A stretch of DNA of 23,209 nucleotides from contig JAYUEN010000031.1 of NCBI GenBank assembly GCA_043739185.1, positions 1-23,209 on the forward strand. The letters are read 5' to 3'. Shown here piece after piece: positions 16,378 to 23,209 of this stretch (position 1 is its first letter; every line of letters starts with the position of its first letter). Below the pieces are notes generated by a model. The model was not told the DNA's origin, did not search any database, and saw only the letters and a program-made list of their open reading frames with translations. The translations under genes were made by a program, and so were the position numbers. The DNA is from Bdellovibrionales bacterium. GTDB taxonomy: Bacteria; Bdellovibrionota; Bdellovibrionia; Bdellovibrionales; JAMPXM01.

Positions 16378-17292
16378 ATGAGAGCAACTTTGAATATTGC
16401 AAAATTGACGATGATGTTGGTCCTTTTGGTGCCTACAGTGTCTTTTTCTGAAGAAGATACGAAATTGGATTTTAATACTTCAGGAACGGTCAAACCAGAG
16501 TTTAAAAAAGGCATACAGTTTAAGGCGCCAGATGATGATAAAAAACTTGATTTGGTCAAAGATGCTGAGAACAAAAATCTGTTCACAACTCCAATTGAGT
16601 ATCCAAAGACGGAACTTTATTTTTCATTCAATCCTGGCGTAGACGGTTTTACCGATACACTTTCAAGCTCAAGGATTTACAATTACGGCGGCACCAATCT
16701 CACCGGTATGAGTCTTGGTTTAGTTTATAATCCTTCGATCGAGAATTATCTTACCATTGATGGCAGCTTCGAAAGTATTGCCATTCCGGCGTTTAGTGAT
16801 ACCAGCGCGGGACTATTAGTTGCCGAATCAACTGCCGCGATTCTCGATTTCTCGATGGGCTTTAATATGTGCTGGATTTTTGAAAGTACCTATCATCGTT
16901 TGTGTCCTGGCATTCAGCTCGATTATGACTCATTTCCGACTTTGAGCTTTCCGCAATCGAGTAATTCGCAAATCAATCTGCAAACTGTTCATGATATGAG
17001 CTTGGGTTTAAATCTGGCGTACTCCCATCATCTCGGCCAAAATTTTCAATTTTTAACTAAGCTCATTTATAATTATGGTTTGGGAATGGGGCAGTCCTCA
17101 AATCTTGGTACCAAGAGTGATCAAAAGATTTCTGGCCGAATCGGAATTGAAAAGCCAATTTCAAATCAGTGGTACTGGAATCTCATTTTTGGAATGGATT
17201 ATCGAACGGCCACTCTGCAGTCTGCCCAAGATACCTGGAAGATTGAAAATCTAAGTTATAATTCGCGAATAGGTGTTCGTTACGAGCTTTAG
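16378..17292 (+). CDS. Outer-membrane beta-barrel protein
   Basis: Signal peptide; alternating amphipathic strands (SLGLNLAYSH, ISGRIGIE, WNLIFGMDY); C-terminal RIGVRYEL. Confidence 0.75.
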   Translation: MRATLNIAKLTMMLVLLVPTVSFSEEDTKLDFNTSGTVKPEFKKGIQFKAPDDDKKLDLVKDAENKNLFTTPIEYPKTELYFSFNPGVDGFTDTLSSSRIYNYGGTNLTGMSLGLVYNPSIENYLTIDGSFESIAIPAFSDTSAGLLVAESTAAILDFSMGFNMCWIFESTYHRLCPGIQLDYDSFPTLSFPQSSNSQINLQTVHDMSLGLNLAYSHHLGQNFQFLTKLIYNYGLGMGQSSNLGTKSDQKISGRIGIEKPISNQWYWNLIFGMDYRTATLQSAQDTWKIENLSYNSRIGVRYEL

Positions 17293-17317
17293 TTCTGAGG
17301 GGACAAATCAGTTTTAA

Positions 17318-17344
17318 CGGCAGCAGCGACTGTATGTGTTGCCG
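17318..17344. terminator. GC-rich hairpin between convergent genes
   Basis: CGGCAGCA-N11-TGTTGCCG. Confidence 0.4.
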
Positions 17345-17391
17345 CCACGTACCAGCGTTGAGTTGCGGGAAATTAAAGTACAGGGGTAGAT

Positions 17392-18891
17392 CTACTCGAC
17401 TACTTCAAGACAAGTTTGATAAACGTATTGCGCAGAACCGCTTGAGTTTAAGACTTTGTAAAAGCCATGAGTTGATGGAGCGGTGACTACGATGCTGCCT
17501 TTTTTCAGGCGACCGTTAAATTCATTTGAATTCTCTGGCTTGCCAAAAATCTTACAGGCTTTAACCACTTTTGCTTTTTGTTGAGTTTCAAGCATTTCGC
17601 TTGAAGCTGCAAGGGAGGCGATATTGCGGATCTGGTCGCGCTCGGTTTTTCCGTGGGCTTTGAGATCTTCAATTGCAGCTTCAGTTGTGCTCACTTCGGT
17701 TTTAGAAGTTTCAAGTTCAACTCTGCTCTCCATTACGGCTAAGCTTGATGCCGTTTCTTCAGCAGCCACTTTCTCGTAGCGCTTTTGCACATCAATCAAT
17801 TGCACCTTCATGCGATCAGCTTCGGCGACCAATCTGGTTTTTTCATTGTCATTTCTAAATTTCGCATCTTTAGCGGCTAAAATCTTGCGTTCAAGTCCTT
17901 GAATTTCAGTATTGGTATCGACACGGTCTTTATTTAACCTGGCGGTGAGAATTTTGACTTCTTTTTCAAGACTATCATTTTCAAGTTTTGCGATATTGTA
18001 ATCATCTTTTACAGCGTTGAGGCGTTTTTTCAATTGACTGATTTCATCAGTCGCGCGCTCGCGCTCAATTGCGATTTCTTTTTTGCGCTCGGTAAGAGCG
18101 GTGAGCTGACTTGCAACATGAATTTCTTGCGCTTCGTACTGAATGCGATCACTTTCAGCACGCGCAATTAAAGTTTGATCTTTGGCAATTTGATTCACAG
18201 CTTGTTGCATTTCAATTTGCATTTTTGAAACTTTGGCTTCAGTTTCGAGACGTTTTTTAGTGAGTTCTTGAGCTTTAGCCTGCAATTTTTGTTGGCTGGC
18301 GCGCAAGCTTTGTGTTGATTCTTGATGTTTGTCGCTAACTACATTTACTTTTTTATCGAGCTCTACTGATTGCACTCCAAGATCGGTTTCTTGGCTTTTA
18401 ATATTGACGAGCTCGTTATTCATGAGCTCCATTTCATTTGATAAATTTTCTTGTTTGCGTTTGAGCTCGGCCATTTCAAATTTGTGTTTTTGAATCTCTT
18501 GCATGGCTTCTTGTTTTTTGTTTTCAAGATTGTCTCTGTCTTCAATGCTGGCTTTCTCGGCACTTTCAACGCGTTTTAATTCTTTGATTTCGTTATCGCG
18601 CGCGGCTTTAAGCGCTGCTTGCGGAAAGTAGGTATGCTCGGGACCATGATTTTCTTCGTAGTGTTCTTTAAGGCTATCGGGGCTGCCAACTTTAAAGGTA
18701 AATTGCGAATCATTAGGAGCAGGTGGTGCTGGCTTGGGCTGATCGCAGATTTCTTTGCCGTCGGGGGACTTCCAACACTCATTAGTTGGTGATCCTTTGG
18801 GGCCAGCATTTGCGGTGGCCGCAAAAAGCATTAGTTGAAATCCTATAATTACTAATTTCAAACTCGATTTTTGTTTTTCGGTGCAAAGCAC
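17392..18891 (-). CDS. Secreted long coiled-coil protein with probable C-terminal SH3b-like domain
   Basis: GTG 18891 has SD GAGGAG 5 nt upstream; signal peptide ending ATANA; ~330 aa of E/K/Q/L-rich heptads; C-terminal KIFGKPE…GRLKKGSIV…GFYKV…QYVY. Confidence 0.8.
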   Translation of the reverse strand: MLCTEKQKSSLKLVIIGFQLMLFAATANAGPKGSPTNECWKSPDGKEICDQPKPAPPAPNDSQFTFKVGSPDSLKEHYEENHGPEHTYFPQAALKAARDNEIKELKRVESAEKASIEDRDNLENKKQEAMQEIQKHKFEMAELKRKQENLSNEMELMNNELVNIKSQETDLGVQSVELDKKVNVVSDKHQESTQSLRASQQKLQAKAQELTKKRLETEAKVSKMQIEMQQAVNQIAKDQTLIARAESDRIQYEAQEIHVASQLTALTERKKEIAIERERATDEISQLKKRLNAVKDDYNIAKLENDSLEKEVKILTARLNKDRVDTNTEIQGLERKILAAKDAKFRNDNEKTRLVAEADRMKVQLIDVQKRYEKVAAEETASSLAVMESRVELETSKTEVSTTEAAIEDLKAHGKTERDQIRNIASLAASSEMLETQQKAKVVKACKIFGKPENSNEFNGRLKKGSIVVTAPSTHGFYKVLNSSGSAQYVYQTCLEVVE

Positions 18892-18921
18892 GTAAACTCC
18901 TCGATTAACTTCTCCTGAGAC

Positions 18922-18948
18922 TTCTCGGACTCTGGTTTGGGAACTTGA
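18922..18948 (-). promoter_or_regulatory. sigma28 (FliA)-like promoter for the coiled-coil gene
   Basis: Minus strand TCAAGTTC-N11-TCCGAGAA versus consensus TAAAGTTT-N11-GCCGATAA. Confidence 0.6.
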
Positions 18949-19192
18949 GACTTTCTTAATAACTAGACCTCGATCCATACCTCGACTAAGGGCGGTAATA
19001 GAGTTTTGAGCTGATATAAACCAATGTTTGAAAAGGCAACGAAAAATAAATTTACGGGCTTAGGTCTTGCTTCAAATTGCAGTTAAAGCAATTGGCTAAA
19101 AAACGATACAAAATGCGCCAAAAATATCTAGAGAACTTCACGAATCTCAAACTGAGAAGTGTCAAACTTTGAGACCTTTGTACAGAAACTAT

Positions 19193-19219
19193 TAAGCTTT
19201 CTGGATTAAGGTCCGATAA
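19193..19219 (+). promoter_or_regulatory. sigma28 (FliA)-like promoter for the lipoprotein-adhesin operon
   Basis: TAAG-N15-TCCGATAA, 19 nt before ATG 19239. Confidence 0.7.
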
Positions 19220-19238
19220 ATAAGCTAAGAGGTTCACA

Positions 19239-20297
19239 ATGAATAAAACGTCTAGAAATTCAAAATCGATGTTCTTCACAATAGCCCTACCTTTGGCTAC
19301 AGCAGCCCTTTTGTCGAGTTGCTCTGGTGCAAAGTCGGGGATCTCAAGCGGTGGTGCTCCGGGTGCTGGGGCCGGTGCTCTTGCCAATATAAAAATACTT
19401 ACTTTTCAGGGAAATACTTCGAGTAACTGGCATACAGCTACGTCTTCAGTTTGGAAAACAAATATAAGTACAATTTCATTAACCGGAACTTGTACGCGCG
19501 GTATTTCAGGAATCAAAGTGAATCAACGAGTATCAGGTTCCAGCACAGCACTTGCGGATGCAGGTGTGACCGTTAGCTGTGTGAACAATGCTTTTAGTTG
19601 GACAAAAAATTATACGACCGATCCTGATTTTATCGCTACCGCTACCGGAAGTAGTGTGCAATATGATTTTAACATTTACGCTTTAGATGGACTCGGAAAT
19701 CAGGTCATAGATTCAACGGCATTGACAGCGGTGAAAGTATCGAAACTCGGTCCTACGGTTCTAACAAATATTGCTTATTTGAAAAACTATGTAATGCAAA
19801 ATATTGTGGTGAGTACTCCAACCACTGGCATTAGCGATCATCCAGATCCGGGAACAGGAGCTGTTGGCAATTGCCCAATTTCAACAGGATTATTTACGCT
19901 TACAGGAACTCTTGATCCTGAATCAACGCTATCTTTGAGTGGCGCAACTTCAACCATTAATAATAGTTCAGGAACTTCACTCAATATTCAGGCCTGTGTT
20001 CCTTACGGCACCACCAGCCTTGTACTCTCGACTAAAGACGAGAGCGGAAGTAGTTTCGGAACTCAATATACAGTCAATGTGACCTCATCGACTTTTATCC
20101 AGACGCTTGGATCGGCAAACGAAGGCTTTAAATTTCAGGCCCTTTCTCCAGATTTATCTAGTCTGGTATCGGCTGGGACTAATCTTATTAATATTTCTTC
20201 CGATCAATTTGATACTGCCATGACGGCATCGACAGGCGCGACAGGCTTAACTCTAGCAACGGGTTTGGCAAGTTACGTACAGCAAGTTAGTCCCTGA
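19239..20297 (+). CDS. Ser/Thr/Gly-rich beta-strand lipoprotein (Ig-like), probable adhesin partner
   Basis: Lipobox LLSSC, SD GAGG, two further Cys pairs; 10 nt upstream of the adhesin gene. Confidence 0.8.
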   Translation: MNKTSRNSKSMFFTIALPLATAALLSSCSGAKSGISSGGAPGAGAGALANIKILTFQGNTSSNWHTATSSVWKTNISTISLTGTCTRGISGIKVNQRVSGSSTALADAGVTVSCVNNAFSWTKNYTTDPDFIATATGSSVQYDFNIYALDGLGNQVIDSTALTAVKVSKLGPTVLTNIAYLKNYVMQNIVVSTPTTGISDHPDPGTGAVGNCPISTGLFTLTGTLDPESTLSLSGATSTINNSSGTSLNIQACVPYGTTSLVLSTKDESGSSFGTQYTVNVTSSTFIQTLGSANEGFKFQALSPDLSSLVSAGTNLINISSDQFDTAMTASTGATGLTLATGLASYVQQVSP

Positions 20298-20307
20298 AGG
20301 AGATGTT

Positions 20308-23209
20308 ATGAAGAGGCTCACCTTGAAAATTGCATCAATGCTCATAATGGCTTTGCTATTATTTAATAGTCAGGCAAAGGCGCAAGCAGTTTTCTTCAAT
20401 AATAAAATTAGCGTGCAGGGCTTCTTGAAGCAGGGAGGACTCCCGCTCAACGGCAGCTACAATATGCAATTCGAAGTGATTTATAACGGAATCACAATTG
20501 CTTGGTGTTATGCACCCGCAAGCTCAGTCTCAGTTACCAATGGTATTTTTAATCAAGTATTAAGCGGAAACTCAAATTGCGCGACTTCAGGTATTCCGAT
20601 GGGCCCTGGGGTTTTCGCAGCAGCTGCAAATTCAGATGCTTTTCAATTGACGGTTTTAGTTGACGTAGGCGCTGGCTTAGGTGCAGGAGCCGCCACTTTT
20701 GCAGGAATCGATTTTGTTTCGACTCCACTAGCGCTTTTAGCCAACTCTGCAAACTATTCGGCGCATTTAACTACGACGGGTGCCTCAGGACAATTTTTAA
20801 AATCAAATGGTACCACTTGGAGTGCAGCTAATATTGCCGCCGCTGATGTCAGTGGTCTTGGTACTGCTGCCACCACCAATGTTGGTAACTATGTGCAGGT
20901 CGCAAATAATTTATCTGATGTAGTTGCAGCAACTGCTCGAACAAATTTAGGTTTGATTACCAGTAGTACCGCTGCCGGAAGTCTTGTGCAGTATTCTGCA
21001 GCTAATAAATTGCCAGCAGCTGATGGATCAAACTTAACCAATGTCGCGGCCTCATCAGTTGGCGGCAATACTTTTTCAAATCCGGGCGCCATCGGTAGTG
21101 GTACTCCAGCAACAAGTATTTCAGTAAGTGGTGTTATTACTTCTTCGCAAGCAACTGGTACAGCTCCATTTTCAATTGCATCAACAACAGTGGTTCCAAA
21201 TTTGAATGCAAGTTTGCTTAATGGTAATACTTTTGCTAATCCGGGTTCAATCGGTAGTGGTACACCTGCGACAAGTATTGCTACAAGTGGAGTGATCACA
21301 TCGACGCTTGCTACCGGAACTGCTCCATTTACAGTTGCATCTACAAATATGGTAACTAATTTGAATTCGAATTGGTTACAGAGCGGTAACTGGGCATCAC
21401 CTGGTACCATCGGTTCAACGGCTGCAAATACGGGCGCATTTACAACTTTATCAGCTTCAGGTTTATTGACTGCTACCACAGGCATTAGCACTGGTGGAGT
21501 CATCACATCAACAGTTGCTACGGGTACGGCGCCATTTTCAGTTGCGTCTTTAACGAATGTTCCAAATTTAAATGCAAGTTTACTTAACGGCAATACCTTT
21601 GCAGCTCCGGGCGCAATCGGCGGAACCACTCCAGGCGCTGGAACTTTTACCAGCTTAACTTCTAATTCTCAGAGCTTGCCAGAAATAGCAGCCGGTTCTG
21701 CGCCTTCAACTTCTGCAGGTAATGCTTTTCTTTATTCAGACAGTACTTCGCATACTCTGAAAGTATCTTTAAATAATGCTGGCTATGTTGATTTATTAAC
21801 TGCCACTACTGGTAATACAAATTATGTCCTTAAGGGCGGCGATACTATGACGGGTTTCTTAACCCTAAATGCCGATCCATCTGCGGCATTTCATTCTTCT
21901 ACAAAAGGCTATGTTGATTCGTCTGTTGCCACCAGTGGCGCAAACTTTATTCGTAAAGATGGTACCGTTACTTATACCGCCGCTCAGCCAATGGGTGGTT
22001 TTAAAATCACCGGTCTTGCAAATGGTGCGGCTGCAAGTGATGCCGCGGCCTTCGGCCAAATCGGCTCTGCAATTACTGCCAACAATGCAAATTATTTAGC
22101 TCTTGCTGGTGGAACTTTGACTGGTGCATTGAATTTAAGAGCCGGTATTGCCGGCGCTGGTGGAGCTCCATTGTATATTCCTGTAGGTACTTTGAGTACA
22201 GCTGCTTCAGGAGCAGTTGAATATGACGGAACAAATTTATATTTTACTGATAATGGAGCGACTCGCAGAACTCTTGTTACGACTGCAAGTCAGACTACGA
22301 CTTTAAGTTCATACTTACCACTTGCTGGTGGTACGATGAGCGGTAGTATTGCGATGGGCGGAAGTAATATTACTGGTGCTGCAGCGATCACAGGTAGTGG
22401 TGCAGTAACAGGATCAACTTTAGTATCAACAGTTGCAACCGGCACAGCGCCATTCACAGTTGCATCTTTAACGAATGTCCCAAATTTGAATGCTAGTTTG
22501 TTAAACGGAAATACATTTGCCAATCCTGGCGCAATCGGTGGCGGTACTCCAGCGGCAGGTACATTCACAAATGTAAACTCAAATTCTCAAGGTTTTACCG
22601 AGATCGCAGTGGGCTCGGCCCCGGCAACTTCTGCTGGTAAAGCCTATTTGTATGCAGACAGTACAGCTCATAATATTCAGGCATCATTTAATAACGGCGC
22701 ATATTCGCCATTGTTACAGGCTTCAAATAACTTAAGTGATTTAGTTAGTGCGGCAACCGCAAGAACTAATTTAGGTTTAGGAACGGCTTCTGTTCTAAAT
22801 ACCACGTCGACAAGTACCCAGTTAAATTATTTAAATGCAGCAACCGGTACCACAGGAACAGCAAGTTCGAACCTGGTGTTTTCAGCATCACCAACATTTA
22901 CTGGTACTGTAGTTATTCCAACCCCGTTTACTCTCGGCGCAACTTCAATGACATCAACAGGAACGCAACTTAACTACGTAAGTGCCGCAACTGGTACTAC
23001 AGGAACCAATACAACGAACCTTGTATTCTCAGCTTCACCAACTTTAACAGGAACAGTTACCGCTGCTGCGGCCACTTTTAGTGGATTATTAACAGCGAAT
23101 GCTGGCGTTTCAGCAAATTATGCTGGTATGGCCGAAATGGCTTCGGGCTCAGCGCCTGCGGCCGCTGCCGGTACTGATTATATTTATGCTGATAGCACCA
23201 CTCATTCAA
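20308..23209 (+). CDS. Large secreted phage-tail-fibre-like mosaic adhesin (MAT-like), 3' end beyond the window
   Basis: Not in the ORF track. SD AAGGAG, ATG 20308, and an open frame for 967 codons to the window end. Signal peptide MKRLTLK…QAKA; N-domain ISVQGFLKQGGLPL…STPLALLANSA; fibre motifs NNLSD..AATARTNLGL, TAPFTVAS..V.NLNA.LL.G, GGDTMTG..L.ADP…TKGYVD, KITGLANG..ASDAA, YLPLAGGTMSG. Confidence 0.9.
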   Translation, partial: MKRLTLKIASMLIMALLLFNSQAKAQAVFFNNKISVQGFLKQGGLPLNGSYNMQFEVIYNGITIAWCYAPASSVSVTNGIFNQVLSGNSNCATSGIPMGPGVFAAAANSDAFQLTVLVDVGAGLGAGAATFAGIDFVSTPLALLANSANYSAHLTTTGASGQFLKSNGTTWSAANIAAADVSGLGTAATTNVGNYVQVANNLSDVVAATARTNLGLITSSTAAGSLVQYSAANKLPAADGSNLTNVAASSVGGNTFSNPGAIGSGTPATSISVSGVITSSQATGTAPFSIASTTVVPNLNASLLNGNTFANPGSIGSGTPATSIATSGVITSTLATGTAPFTVASTNMVTNLNSNWLQSGNWASPGTIGSTAANTGAFTTLSASGLLTATTGISTGGVITSTVATGTAPFSVASLTNVPNLNASLLNGNTFAAPGAIGGTTPGAGTFTSLTSNSQSLPEIAAGSAPSTSAGNAFLYSDSTSHTLKVSLNNAGYVDLLTATTGNTNYVLKGGDTMTGFLTLNADPSAAFHSSTKGYVDSSVATSGANFIRKDGTVTYTAAQPMGGFKITGLANGAAASDAAAFGQIGSAITANNANYLALAGGTLTGALNLRAGIAGAGGAPLYIPVGTLSTAASGAVEYDGTNLYFTDNGATRRTLVTTASQTTTLSSYLPLAGGTMSGSIAMGGSNITGAAAITGSGAVTGSTLVSTVATGTAPFTVASLTNVPNLNASLLNGNTFANPGAIGGGTPAAGTFTNVNSNSQGFTEIAVGSAPATSAGKAYLYADSTAHNIQASFNNGAYSPLLQASNNLSDLVSAATARTNLGLGTASVLNTTSTSTQLNYLNAATGTTGTASSNLVFSASPTFTGTVVIPTPFTLGATSMTSTGTQLNYVSAATGTTGTNTTNLVFSASPTLTGTVTAAAATFSGLLTANAGVSANYAGMAEMASGSAPAAAAGTDYIYADSTTHS

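Noticed and set aside
18892..18978. Longer N-termini in the ORF track (also 3786, 5735, 16245)
   Set aside because: Downstream starts have clear SD sequences. At 16185 and 18891 they also restore N-terminal signal peptides, and at 5735 and 18978 the extension overlaps a predicted promoter.
20549..22568. Minus-strand ORFs 20549-20752, 20889-21629, 21865-22059 and 22290-22568, and + ORF 21869-22099
   Set aside because: Shadows of the repetitive Ala/Gly/Thr-rich adhesin frame that starts at 20308.
20308..23209. Prophage tail region, CRISPR array or DGR
   Set aside because: The gene has a Sec signal and no phage neighbours. The repeats are in-frame and synonymously diverged, with no identical repeat-spacer pattern, and there is no reverse transcriptase in the window.

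Overview
Chromosomal segment that looks like a Bdellovibrionales (predatory bacterium) genome. This is inferred from gene content: a TIGR02147/DUF4423 regulator, an FQNC-type lipoprotein, a short PutA, a MAT-like fibre adhesin and many sigma54/sigma28-like promoters. In order, the window holds two secreted hypotheticals divergent from a TIGR02147 HTH regulator, a lipoprotein, and a stand-alone Fis-type HTH protein. Next come an envelope protease cluster (S41 peptidase, membrane protein, RDD/TPR-like protein, rhomboid) and a Y1/HUH (RAYT-like) transposase flanked by inverted G/T-rich arms. These are followed by putA, hslO (no canonical in-frame start), an orphan OmpR-family regulator, a secreted protein, an outer-membrane beta-barrel and a secreted coiled-coil protein. 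The window ends in a FliA-like-driven operon of a lipoprotein and a >967-aa phage-tail-fibre-like mosaic adhesin; the adhesin is missing from the ORF track because it runs off the window. The non-coding DNA carries a dispersed GC-rich REP-like hairpin family, including an apparent filled/empty site pair. I found no rRNA, tRNA or CRISPR array. All family calls come from motif recognition by eye, with no database search.
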